DNA of 64,000 nucleotides, taken from the NCBI GenBank assembly GCA_958009085.1, contig OY253669.1:372001-436000 (forward strand). Direction: 5' to 3'. This document shows positions 37,158 to 49,233 of the stretch, in pieces. Each line of letters opens with the position of its first letter. The first letter of the stretch is position 1. The notes beneath the pieces were generated by a model. That model worked only from the letters and a program-made list of their open reading frames with translations. It searched no databases and was not told the origin of the DNA. This DNA is from Protoeuglena noctilucae (taxonomy: Eukaryota). Both the position numbers and the translations under genes were made by a program.

Positions 37158-40100
37158 ATGAGCAAGTCGCCCATGACAATGGCGCTGGGGCCAGCGCCGG
37201 CGTCGCCAGGGTCTCTCCTTGAGCCCCTCCGGAAGTCCGTGGCTGCTGTTCTCTGGCCAGCCCTTCTGGCCTTGCTCGCCCTCTACGCCGCGGTACTCGC
37301 GGCGAGCGGTGGGGAGTATGACCTGGGGCTCCCCCAGGAGGTCGTGGCTTCTGCCACCGCTAGCCTCGGGCCAGCCACCGTGGCACAGGCCGCAGGCGGC
37401 GCGTGTCCTGACAGTCCCACGCCGTTCGTCGTCTTTTTCAGTGGGCACGCCGGCTCCTCTGCCCTCATGGACTCGCTGTCCCGCATCCCTGGCGTACTGG
37501 CAAGTGACCTGGGTCGTGATGAGAATGCAGAGTGCACAAGCTCGGCTTCATTGCTAGTGAAGCCCTGACTGCGCGTGGGCGGCCCGCAGAGTGCGCCAGC
37601 AGGGTGCTGAGCTGACTGGCACGTCGCTAAACAACCACATGCCGTTGTCCAAACTCGCAGGTTCCTGCCTTTGAGCCGTTGGACGCCCCCGGGCTGACTG
37701 AGTCCCAGAAACTGGCGTGGATCCAGGCCGCCTTTGCGCCACCCCCGCCGGGGTCCGGGAACGACGCGTGGGGCGCGTGGAGGGACGCGCTGGCCGAGAA
37801 CGGTGCGCGGCTGACCCTTCCAGAGGACTTCGCTGCCCAAGGACTTCCCTGCGTCCGAGCGGTCGGGTTCAAGATGCGCCCTTACGAGGGAGCGATGCAA
37901 TCCGCACCCCACACGGCGGCCACAGGGCTCGACCCGTGGGCCCTGCGTGATGAGCTGAGCAGGCGAGGGGCACGGACAGCAGGGCAGCTGACAACGAGGG
38001 TGGCGGCAGGCACGCGTGACTTGCAGCGGCCGTTGACAATGCAGGCACCAGGCGCGGGTCGTGGTCGTGATGCGGAGGAACCGCGTCCTGCAAGCTCTCA
38101 GCTGGTATCGCGCGCGCGTCCTGGGGGTGAACCAGTGGTCGCCCCTGGCCCTTCGCCGGGCCCTCGAGGAGGCCGGGTACGTCGCAGACCCGCAAGTGCT
38201 GGCGTGGCTGCTCGAGTTCTTCGACGACGCCAACCGACGCATCGAGAACGCGGCCGTCTTCCATGGGCGGCCGACCCTGCTCGTCTGGCACGAGGACCTG
38301 CTGGCGGACCCACACAGCACGATCTGCAGGGTGGCAGCGTTCCTGGGCCTCTCGGGTGCGTTCCGCGTCCTCGAGGACGTCAAAGTAGACCGCGTGTATA
38401 TCTCGCCACTAAGCAGGCTCTCCATGACGCTCACGTGTGCAACGTCGCAGATGTGGACGACCCTTCGCCGTCCAAATTCGTCAAGGCGACTCCGGATGCG
38501 GAGGCCCTCGACGCCGTGGCCAACGTAGGAGACCTCGCCGAAATGTTCCATGACACGCCCTATTGTGCCGACCTGGGCCCAGACCTGTGCCGGGAGGCGC
38601 AGGAATTTGCACGGCATGACCCCACGGGATGGCGGGACGTGCAGGCGGCCGCGCGGATCGCGCTGACAAGGCTGCGACGCGATCAGGCGCAGCAGGGGCG
38701 GGTCACTGAGGGCTTTCAAACACGCGACAAACACAGGCGCGGCTGGTCTTGCGTCGAGCGTGACATGGCCGCCACAGGAGGGGCCTTCGCCGAAATGACG
38801 CCCCAGGTGAGCCAAGCCGAGTGTATCATAGTCAGCCACGCTTTGGCTTCATTGCGATGCACGGGTGGGACTCTGGGTGACGCTGGGCAACGCATGTTAT
38901 CTCCTGCAGGAGTGCGGGGCCGTGGTCGACCAGCTCAATTCGCAGAGAGTGCTGGACGCGCACCGTATGCCCTCAGCGTCCGTCGTGCCCGTCTTCTTCA
39001 AGCACGAGCATAAGGCCGGGGGCACCACCCTCTGCGCCCTAGCCGGGGCAGTCACAGGTGCATGTGCGTGTTTCTGATGCAAGCAACTGGAACCCACCAA
39101 GTGGAGTGGCTCAAGCGATGTCCGGCTATCTCATTATTTCGTGCGCCCTCGATATCTGGCTATCTCGTCACTGTGCATGGCGCCCTCCCTCTCTGCAGAG
39201 ACCGCCCAGGGTACCCTGCTCGAGGACCCGTCCTGGGGGACCAATTGCGTCCCTCCAGAGACGTTCCAGCCGGGACAAGCCCTCTGGCGCCTCGACTTGT
39301 CGGCGTGGCAGGAGCCGACGGCTATGCTGCCCTGGGGAGGCAAGGCATGCTGGGCGCAGAACCTGTCGGTTGTGGCCCAGCGCGCCGTGTTTGATCATTT
39401 CACAGGCGAGGAGGGCGGCTGTGAGCGCCTGCATGCCTTGTCTCACCGTCGCTTAACAGAAGTGGGGGTACGGCAGGTATGCCACCTGAGCCCCTTGCCC
39501 AGCGAACCGCAGGGCTGGGCTTCTTGGCGAGCGAGGGCGCGATGCCAGACCCGGTCGCTCTGGACGTCCCGTACGCGACGGTCACGATGCTGCGGGACCC
39601 CCTGGACCGCACCTTAAGCTCGTACCATTGGTGGGCCTCTGTGGTCGACCGATTCAGTGACCGCGACGGCGGGAGGGACGCCGCCATCTGCCAGGCATTC
39701 TGGGCACCGCCGGGGTCCACTCTTGAGCAGGTCATGCGCGCTCCCCACCTGCGCCTTTGCGCGTTTGTGGCAGAGGCACGGGTCACGCAGATGGCAGCAG
39801 CAGGAAAGGTGCCAGTCCCTTCTCCGCAGTTCCTCGCCGTCTACCCGGATAACTGGCAGACGCGGTCTCTCCTGGGGCGGTCGGCGATGGCGGGCCGCTT
39901 CCAGGGGCCCTTTTCTGGGGGCCGTCTCAGCAGAGAGGACTTGAGGGTGGCTGTCGCGCGCCTGCACTACTTCACGGCCGTGCTGATCGTCGAGGACATG
40001 GAGGGGTCCCTCACCAAGATGCAGCGCATGTTCGGGTGGCGGCTTCCCGAAGACGCAGCCATGCAGCATCGCCTGCGGCGTGCACAAGGGCCCACGGATG

Positions 40101-40363
40101 CGCGCGCCGAGCTGCGGGGCCAGCGCGAGCTCCAGCACCTGCATGACATGCACGACATCGACCTGTTGTTCTACGAGCACGCAGTCGAGCTTCACTGCGA
40201 GTGAGGGCGCGTATGCTCTGGGAGGTGAGGCGCCGCGTGCCACCCCTGGTTGCTGAGGGAAGCTTTCCTGCCCTGACTTCGCAGACAGTTGGAGATGCTA
40301 GTCCTCACCAGCATCTTCTGCATGACGAGGCGTGGAGAAGAACAGCTGCTCAGGGAGTCTTGA
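37158..40363 (+). CDS. Type II membrane protein with two sulfotransferase domains
   Basis: TM anchor. Domain 1: FSGHAGSSAL, GFKM, RRNRVLQALS, WHEDLLADP (Stf0-like). Domain 2: FKHEHKAGGTTL, TMLRDPLDRTLSSY. The stop is at 40204 or, via one more intron, 40363. Confidence 0.75.
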
Positions 40364-40538
40364 GCAAAGGGTGGGCTCTGGCAAGGTCTTGCCCTGCGCC
40401 AGTCGCAGGCAGTGGCAGGGGGGGGAATATCCCTGCCCCTGGGGGGGCCTCCTGGATGTACTCTGCGATCGTGTGTCCAAGCGATACTTGACACTAGCTC
40501 TACAGCACTAGAGCATCGCCAGCACCGGACGGTTTATC

Positions 40539-41588
40539 ATGCCGGGCACTGCAGTCGTTGTGGGCGCGAGCCGCGGCATCGGCCTGGAGCTGACCCGGCA
40601 GCTGAAGGACAAGGGCTACAAGGTCTTCGCGACGTGCAGGACGGCCACCCCGGAGCTGGCCAAGATCGGCGCCAAGGTCATCGAGTCCGTCGATGTCGCG
40701 TGAGGGCCGCGTGCGCGCGGATCACGATGATTTGGATGCGATGCGTGTGCCTGGCCTTTGTTTCCGACCATTAAGATGCCGGCGAGGTCGCAAGGAATGC
40801 GCTTAAGGCCCAGATGCGCGTCGATGGGCCGACGACGTAATCCTGCGGCCGTGGACGTGTGCGCGGCCCGGGCGGCTTAGGAGCTGAATGCATGCCATCC
40901 CTATCGCGTACATGCATCGCACATGCGTCCTCAGCACGAGTTAGCTCCCACGCGCAGGAAGGACGAGTGCATGCCCGTGCTCGCCAGCGCTCTGAACGGG
41001 GAGGAGATTGAGGTGCTGATCTGCAATGCCGGCATCCTGCGCTTGGAGCCGGGGAACTTCGAGGAGCTCCCCACGCACTTCAACAGCATGATGGAGACGT
41101 ACAACGTCAACACGATCGGGCCCATCCGCTGCGTGTGGGCGCTGCGGAACCAGCTGCAGAAGGGCTCCAAGGTCGCCATAATCACCAGCCGTGTCGGGTC
41201 CCTGGCGGACAACGGGTCCGGCGGGATGTACGGGTACAGGATGTCCAAGACGGCCGTCAACATGGCGGGGGTCAACCTGGCTCACCAGATGAAGGACAAG
41301 GGCGTGGCCGTGGGGCTCATCCACCCCGGCATGGTCGAGACGGACATGACGTCGAGTTTCGGCGCCAAGGTGGGCCTCAACAATCATTTGCACTCACGAT
41401 TGCTCCCTCACACGGCACCCTTGTCGCTGTGTAACGCGCATGTGCTGCCGTCTCCGCAGGCGGGCCAGGGCACGTGCATCAGTACGGTGGACTCGGCATC
41501 GGGCATCATCGCCCGCATTGAGAAGGATCTCAGCATGGACACCACCGGCCACTTCTGGCACCAGAACGGCCAGGAGCTGCCCTGGTAA
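40539..41588 (+). CDS. Short-chain dehydrogenase/reductase, CsgA (C-factor)-like
   Basis: VGASRGIG, CNAG, ITSRVGS, YGYRMSK, HPGMVETDM, GHFWHQNGQELPW. Confidence 0.92.
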
Positions 41589-41739
41589 AGGGAGGGGTCG
41601 AGACCAAGCCTTGAACGGGACGCGCGTGCTTTGCCGATGCAGCGCCGTGCCTTGAAAGGCGAGGATGCACGAACCGAGAAACGAGTGAAGCCATGTCAAA
41701 CACTGGCCTAGACATAAACGAAGTCCATGGCAGCGGCGT

Positions 41740-44700
41740 TCACCGCCGTCCGCGCCCCCGCCCCCGCCCCTGCCGGGCCGGCGCTGCCCCGACCTCCACG
41801 TCGCCCCCCGCCATCTCCGGGTCGCTCTTGATCGCGTTCTGAGCGTCCAGGAACAGCGCCAAGTCCCGCACCTGCTCCTTCAGGTCTGCGAGCTCCGCGT
41901 CCCGCTTGCGCACCTCGGCTGTCATCTCCTCCACGCGCGCACGCCACGCGCCCTGGTCCGCCAGCACTGCAGGGGGACGGGACATCAAACAATGAGTCAA
42001 GCTGCCACCCAGAGATGTCGACGCGAGGCATCTAATGGCACTGACCGCCAACGCGGCCCCCGTACCGCGCGTGCACGCCGGGGTGCCCGTGCGACACCCA
42101 GCACCCCAGCACACGCATCTTTCACAATCAATTCCCAAACCTCACCCGTGTCCGCCAGGTTCTTGAGGAAGTCCCTTTCCTTCCGCAGCTCCCCCACCGT
42201 CGCACGCTCCTTGGCCAGCTTCCCCTCCAGCTCCTGCACCTTGGCCTGCAGAGCCCCGCGCCCGCGCGCTGTCTCCTGTTCCGCCGACAGCGCCTCGTCC
42301 AGTTTGTCCTCCAGGATCTGCGCAGGACACACGGCCACACCTCGCATCGCATCGCTAAGACCAACATCGCCAAGAGCAACGGTGTTGGCAAGTCCCTGAG
42401 GCCGCTCTGAGCTGAGCTGTGAACCCTGCTGGCGTGCCCTTGATAAACGGGACCAGTTTCATGCACTCCATGTCCAGACATGGAGAGACGCAGCAGAGGC
42501 GTGCGCCTCACCCGCTGCCGCCGCAGCAGGTCCTCTGCCTGCCGCTCCATCTGCCCCTCGAACCACAGCCGCTGCGACTCGAGCTGCGACGTGAGAAGGT
42601 GCTCGTACTCCCGCGTCACCGCCTCCATGCGGCTCTCCAGGACCACATCCTCCTCGCTCCTGTGCGCCCACTCCGCCTCCATCCCCGCCCCGCCCTCCAC
42701 CTTCATCCCGGACTTGCTGGGCTTTCTCCCACCAGGCTTGCCCTCCTCTTCCGTCTCTCGCCTCGCCTTGGCGTCCGCGCCCCCCACCTCGTCCCCGCCC
42801 GGCCCCAGCGACCCCACGAACTCCCCGGCTGCCCCACCTCCCGAAGACACCTCAACGATGAAGGTCTCTCCCGCAGCCCCCGCCGCCTTGGACTGCACGA
42901 GGCGGTGCACCCACCCATCTCCGACGTAGTCCCATACTCGCTGAGTGTCCAGCTCCAAAGCGTACGAGTGGCCATGGGCCTCCCAGTGCGCGCGGGCGTG
43001 GCCCCCGGAGTAGCGCCCGCACCCCACGGCGCCGCATATGAGGCACATCCAGAGGCTGTCGGACGCCCCGCACGTGGCGCACCTGGCGGTGCCGGTCGGT
43101 TGCAAGCAGAAGCGGCAGACGGGGCACGAGGTGTCGCCCCACTTGAGCAGGCACTCGTTGTGGAACGCGTGGTTGCAGACGGTCACGACCACGCCAGAGA
43201 CGTGCTCGTCCAGCCGCTCCAGGCACACAGGACACGAGGGCAGCTCCGTCTGGGCCGGCGCCCCCACCGTCGGGCCTTGCGTTGACGCCGCCGGGCACAG
43301 CGACGCGGTACCGTCGGAGAACTCGACCCCGCGGATGAAGCCGAGACGGCACACCACCTGGAAACAAACGCGTGCGTGGGATGAGCATGGTTGCAAGGCA
43401 CGGGTGGGCAGGTGTCGACAAGAGATGTGTCACTGCAAGGTGCTTGTCCTCTCACCTCAGGCTCCAGGGAAGAAAAGGGCCTTCCATTACACTCCCGAAA
43501 GAAGTCGTCGGCCGACTCCTGATCCTCAAACGCCAGCAGGGCCAGGTAAACGCTCGGCTCGCACGCGGGGTGGCGCTGCACCACACGCAGGGAGCGCACG
43601 TGGTGCAGGAAGGCCCCCAGGAAGCGACAGAACTGCGGAGCGAAGGGCAAGATAAAAGAGGGTCAGTCTTGCTGTAAACAGGAACACAGGGCAACAACGC
43701 GACGCTGCTGCACAGGTCGCAGTGGCACTTTGTGTGACTTCGCATCTCTCACCTCAGAAAGCGCCATGTCGGAGGGGACCGACAGACACGCCACCTCCGT
43801 GCCCCTGCCCTCTGGCAGCGCGCGTGCTGGGCGCGTGGAGGCCGCGTCGTCACGAGATGTGGAGTCCCGGAAGAGGTGGACGACACCGAAGATGCGCTCG
43901 ACGGCGGGGTTGCCAGACACGATTTCCATCGAGTCGGCGCCGGCGAGGGTCCGGGGAGCCCAACGGCGGAGTGGCATCGGGGGGGGTGGGGGCGGGTGGG
44001 AGTGCGGGGGTGGAGTCCCGGCCCCGCTCGCCGTCGCAGTGTGGGAGCCCTCGGCGCCGGCCCGGGACCGCGGGTGAGGCGTGGACGGAGCGGAGGACCC
44101 GTCAGCGACGCCCGCGCGCGACCTGGGGCTCAGCGGCCAGTCCCGCGAGGGCGGCCCGGGCAGAGGTGGGTGGCGAAGGTCCATGGACGCCGTCCGCCCG
44201 CGATTGAAGGACCCACGCGCACCGCGCGACTCGCTCGGCGGCACGGGCGGCGTCAAGGACCTGGCCGCGCCCGCCTCGTCGCCCCGAGATGTGCCCGGGC
44301 GCTCCGTCGGGACAACGTCGGTTCTCCGCGACGCCTCCCCCGCGGCCCCGGCGGCCGCTGCGCCCTCTCGGCGAGCTTGTGCAGCATCAGGTTGTTGTGA
44401 GGTCGACGGAAGCGGGGGAGGAGGCGGCGGAGGACGCGCGGGGGGGGCTTGGAAACGCTGAGGCACCCAGGGCTGCGCGTTCGGGGCAAGCCGCGACGCG
44501 GGCTTCCCGCGCAGACCCGGGCTAGGAGGACCCGGAGAAGATGCCTCTCCCCCGCTCGATGACGACGTGGACCATTCGACCACCAGCGAGCGGCCCTCGC
44601 CCCGGGGAGAGACGCTCCGCGCCTGCCGTGCTTCGGGACCTGCACACGGCCGCGCCACGCGAAAGGGTCCGTTGACGAAGCAGAAATCTTGTGAAAAGTA

Positions 44701-44848
44701 AGACATGCGCTGCTTCGACGGACGCGCATTGCGAGGAGCGATGCTCACCTGTCCGGGGCACGGTCGCCTTGGAAGCTTGCTCCTCAGCCATCACTTCGGC
44801 GAGAGATCCCCCTGACCGATGCCGTACCTCCACCTTGACGCTGTACAT
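41740..44848 (-). CDS. BRAP2: BRCA1-associated protein 2-like E3 ligase (BRAP2/BRIZ)
   Basis: BRAP2 domain (NGRPFSSLEPE), RING ELPSCPVCLERLD, zf-UBP LWMCLICGAVGCGRY...QRVWDYVGD and a C-terminal coiled coil. Confidence 0.93.
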
Positions 44849-45083
44849 GGATCTACCTGCGCCCCTTTGCGCCGGAGTGGCGCCCAGGGCCACGAACCCT
44901 ACGCCTCGGGGAGGCTTTGATGTTTGTGCGCGGAGGGCCGCTCCAATCGATGTGGCACACGACACGGGTTTGCCAAACGACGTCTGTGCATCAGACGACA
45001 AAGCATTCTCTTCTGACTGTTTAACTCTGGCGCAAGCCACTGCAAGGCGCGGCGACGACGCGGCGACACTCGGCTGCCATGGT

Positions 45084-46613
45084 TCACCACTTGCCCCAGT
45101 CGTCGTCCCCACCTTGGCCCCAATTTGCATTCCCGCCAGGCTTCGTCCCCGCGCCCGGACCCGACAGGAGGTCCTGCCCCGGACCCCGTGCCGGAGCCCC
45201 CTGCCCCGTCCCACCGCTGTGCAGGTCACCCGAGCTGTGCGCGCCGGTCGCTTGCTGCAGCCGCGACGGCACGAACACCTCCCGCTCCTCAAAGCCCTCA
45301 AAGCCCCCCTCCGACTGCGCGCTGGCGAACGCCCGGGTGGACGGGTCCTGGTGGGACCCGAACGTGGCCCCACCGACGTCTCGGTCAGACGCACTGTGCG
45401 CCACGCCGTGCCCGCCCCCGCCATGGCCCTCGTCGTCATACTCCGCCGCCAGGGGCCGCCCCGCCTGCTGCCACCCGTGCGACGGCGCGCCCCGCCCGTC
45501 CCCCTGCCCGTCGCTCGCTAACTCCCGCAGGGAGCTCGCGGCAGTCTTGGCGAAGCTCTTGAGGTATCCCCATCCCTGCATGCCCAGCGCCGCCGCCGAC
45601 TGCCCGATTTCCTTAGCACGCTGGTCCAATTGCTTCTCCTGCATCGGGCACAGGAAAGTACATGGGGGTCGGCAATGCCCAGCGCAGGCATTAAATGCCG
45701 CGTAAAATAAGCAGTCCGCCAGGCATCACCTGTGCGATGCGCCGCCCGTGCTCCAGCCCCGTCTTGGCCGCCTGCGCGGCCATGGTCGCGCCCTGGCTCA
45801 CGGCCCACCAGCCGAGGCTTAGGCCCTTGTGCAGGTGCGTCGAGAGGTCGTCGAGCTTGGTCCCGCCCGCGCCGTGCTCGTTCCAGGGCTCAGACGACAC
45901 CGCGCCCAGCCCAGAGCTGGGGTCGTTGCCGGCCCACTGGCCGCCGAGGGGCGGGGGCGGTGCGCTGGGCGCCGGCTGCCGCACGCCCATGTTGTCGGGG
46001 GACGGCGGGGGCGGGCTGTAGGCCTCGCCGCGGGCCTGCGCACGGATCAGCTCGCGGAAGAACCCCGCGGCGGGCGTGTTGTACTTGTCCTTGATTGGGG
46101 TCTCCTTCGGCACGTCGTACATGGCGAGGAAGTCGTTGAGCTGGCCGTTGCCGCCCAGCTGCATCCGACGGAGCTCGTCGTCCTTCCATGAGTCCATCGT
46201 GACGGAGCGCACGAAGGAGATGTGGACGCCCAGGCCGCGGTGCTGACCTGCACGGGGATTGTGCTCGATAGAAGCGTTCTTATGCGCATCATTATCTATG
46301 CAGCGACTCAGGGCGGCGCTGCGGGCGCTCACCGCTGCACTCGAGGCACATGAAGGTGCCGTAACTCACGCTCGCCCACTGCGGGCTCTTCTGGGCGCAG
46401 TCCACGCAAACCTGCAGATTCACGGACAAGTATGAGCGTGATGCCGTCCCCGCGGCTCCGCAAACGCCACAGCGCGCGAAGGACGGTGCGACGTGCTGCT
46501 GCGGACCCCTGAGCGACGATCAAGGTACCGCGTTGCCCAACGCGCGGCATCACCTTGTTCTCCGGTCGGTTCTGCAGCTCCCGCAGGAGCCTCAGAGCCT
46601 CCGGCTGCGCCAT
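45084..46613 (-). CDS. ADP-ribosylation factor GTPase-activating protein (ArfGAP1/AGD6-like)
   Basis: ENK|VCVDCAQKSPQWASVSYGTFMCLECSG|QHRGLGVHISFVRSVTMDSW; C-terminus DDDWGKW. Confidence 0.93.
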
Positions 46614-46895
46614 CGTTCGCCCCTTGTCAATCCCAGTCTCTGTGAGCCCTCCTTGCGCTGAACAGTGTGCATCAGGTGGTGGCCCGCGCACAGACAACAA
46701 CCTAGATTGGGAGCAGCGCATGGCCGCACGTTGCCGACCATCGCTCTGGCTGGCAGCTGGCACTGGCGTCGGCGCGCCTGAATCGAGGCTCGCCGCCGCG
46801 CAGTCGGAGCAAGCTCTTGAGCGTTGGTGTTGGAATGTGCTCAGATGTCCGGTTCCCGTTTTGGCTGAGGTATGCACGCTTACGTTCACATCTGC
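46505..46895. repeat. Direct repeat copy 1 (ArfGAP exon 1 + bidirectional promoter + diverged methyltransferase exon 1)
   Basis: 46542-46762 is identical to 48854-49074 (221 nt, offset 2312). The flanks align with substitutions and indels. Confidence 0.95.
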
Positions 46896-47190
46896 AGCGA
46901 CATGTGCCTCGGAGAGCCTGTGAAGGGACAGGGGCCTACCTTTCCGTCTCGATTGCAAGGTTGATTCCCGTGCATCCACCGTCGGTGGAAGCAAGGCGAA
47001 CCATTCGCAATTATTGCCAATGGGTCTGGAGGGGTTTTCCCCAGCCACTGGCAACGCGCCGTCGCCACACCTTTGGGGCTGCCACGCCTGGCGATGTCAC
47101 GAATCTGCAGAAATCCGCCGCGTCCATTTGCTGTTCAGACCGAAGGTGTTCTCGACGGGAGCGTCCCTTACTAAGCCGCACACTCATCCG

Positions 47191-48270
47191 ATGATCGCGC
47201 TCGTCGTAGGTGGGAGTAGGGGCATCGGCCTCGGCCTCGTCCGCGTGTACCTCCAGGCCGGGTACACGGTCTACGCGACGTGCCGAAAGCCCGCGGCGGA
47301 GCTGCAGAACTTGGGGGCTGTGGTGATCGAGGGCGTGGACGTGGCCACCGAGGATGGCGTTCAACGCATCCAGGCAAGAGCGGTGCTAAACGACACTCGA
47401 GGTGCAGTTGCGCAGCGCTGTGGTCCCGTTGGTGTTCCCAATGCGCCGGGCGGAGGGGCGCAGCCTGGCAAAGTGTCCCAAATTCGCCAGATCTCGCCCT
47501 CCGCACGCGCCCGCTTCTATGCGCCCGCTTCCGACACGCCTGCAGAAGGCGATGGAGGGCAAGAAGATTGACGTGCTGGTCCTCAACTCGGGTGTGCTGC
47601 ACGTCGCGGCCCCCGGGGACGCCACCTTCGCCCAGGAGATGAAGGACAGCGTCGCGGTCAACGCCACAGCCCCCGCCGTCATCCTCCACACCCTCCTTCC
47701 CAATCTCCAGGTGCCACACTGTCTGCGGCCATCACTGAGCCACTGTTGAGAGGCGCTGTCCGCCGTGACGGGAGATGCTCTGGTCATGTTTGCATCGTCG
47801 GTCTGCCTCCCCGCGCTGCGCAGTCGGGCTCCAAGGTGCTGGTTATGTCGACCCGCGCCGGCAGCTCCGCCTATGCTATGGGCGGCATGCTGCCGTACCG
47901 GGCGAGCAAGGCGGCCCTTAACAGCGTCATGCTCAATATGGCCAGCACTCTCAAGCCCCAGGGGGTAGCCCTCGTGATGGTGTGCCCCGGGCCTGTGGTC
48001 ACCGACATGCTGCAGGCAGCGTTTGGGGAAGGCGTCAAGGTTGGCGATGCCACCCCTGTCGGTCCAGCGCAGGCCGTCGAGGATGTCGCGCCGCAGCTGG
48101 TGAGGACTCTGCGACGGATGGCTTGCGCAAGCGACCTTCCCATGCTGCGTTCCGTCTTGCTCACCTCTCTGAAGCGCCCCGGTCCGCAGAAGGCGGTGGT
48201 AGACGAGCTGACGGTGGAGACCACGGGGCGGTTTGTGGGCGTGCCCGGCGAAGTGGAGGCCGTCTTCTAG
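47191..48270 (+). CDS. Second CsgA-like short-chain dehydrogenase/reductase
   Basis: VGGSRGIG, VLNSG, MSTRAGS, PYRASK, CPGPVVTDM. Intron 47374-47545 is GC-AG. Confidence 0.9.
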
Positions 48271-48818
48271 TCGCGCCCCACTCTTCTCTGCCGAGTCGGG
48301 CATTCATGCAGTGAGGCCGTGTAGCGGTCAGCGGCAGGCACCCGCTTGTGCGTGTCTGCATTGCCCCGTTCAACAAAAGCCCGGCGTCACGACTTGCGCG
48401 TGGGATGGCGCCTCTGGAGACGTCAGCTATGCTGGCCATGGGCGGCTGGCAAACCGTCGCGCCGCCGCCAGTGTTGCTACCCATCTTGCTTGCGCCTGCA
48501 TCGATCGTCGGCCGCTATGATCCGTATCGGCCATTGGGGCCGTCAACCACAGCGTCACTCGACTAGACCCAGTGTTGGCGTAGACTACTTACTACGGTAG
48601 TGAGTGTCCCTCAGGCTTGGCCTGCGGGGTGACCGCAACGCACATGGCCATGTCCTGGACCGTGAGGGATAGCAATGCTTTCCCTCTCGCCGCGTCGACA
48701 ATGTGCACGTCAGACAAACCCCGCACACCTGCCCTAGACGTCCCCGTCACGCACGCACCGTTTGCGAAGACGCGAAGGGAGCCATTGCCCTTCTGCTCCA
48801 GGACGTGGCCCCGCGCAG

Positions 48819-49233
48819 ACCCGTGAGCGACGATCGAGGTGCCACGCTGCCCAGCGCGGCATCACCTTGTTCTCCGGTCGGTTCTGCAGCTCCCGCAGGA
48901 GCCTCAGAGCCTCCGGCTGCGCCATCGTTCGCCCCTTGTCAATCCCAGTCTCTGTGAGCCCTCCTTGCGCTGAACAGTGTGCATCAGGTGGTGGCCCGCG
49001 CACAGACAACAACCTAGATTGGGAGCAGCGCATGGCCGCACGTTGCCGACCATCGCTCTGGCTGGCAGCTGGCAGCTGGCGTTGACGCGCCTGATCGAAG
49101 CAAGCCAGCCTCGGAGACAAAGCCAATCGCGCCGCCGCGCAGTCGGAGCAAGCTCCTGAGCGTTGGTGGTGGAATGTGCTCAGATGTCCGGTTCCTGTTG
49201 CGGCTGAGGTATGCAGATGTGAGGACATCTGCG
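48819..49233. repeat. Direct repeat copy 2
   Basis: Matches copy 1 and carries an extra ~20-nt segment near 49100-49128. Confidence 0.95.
48866..48925 (-). other. Duplicate ArfGAP first exon (possible alternative first exon)
   Basis: MAQPEALRLLRELQNRPENK plus a GTGATG donor, identical to 46554-46613. No local copy of exon 2 follows. Confidence 0.8.

Noticed and set aside
37494..39512. Two more GC donors in the sulfotransferase gene (37500, 39406)
   Set aside because: In-frame GT alternatives exist (37494, 39421), so they were not counted as firm GC-AG introns.
40539..48270. SDR2 as a recent copy of SDR1
   Set aside because: The proteins are clearly diverged and intron positions differ, so they are older paralogs.
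46505..49233. LTR retrotransposon or composite transposon interpretation of the direct repeats
   Set aside because: There are no TG..CA ends, PBS/PPT, transposase or RT. The repeats are host exons and promoter.
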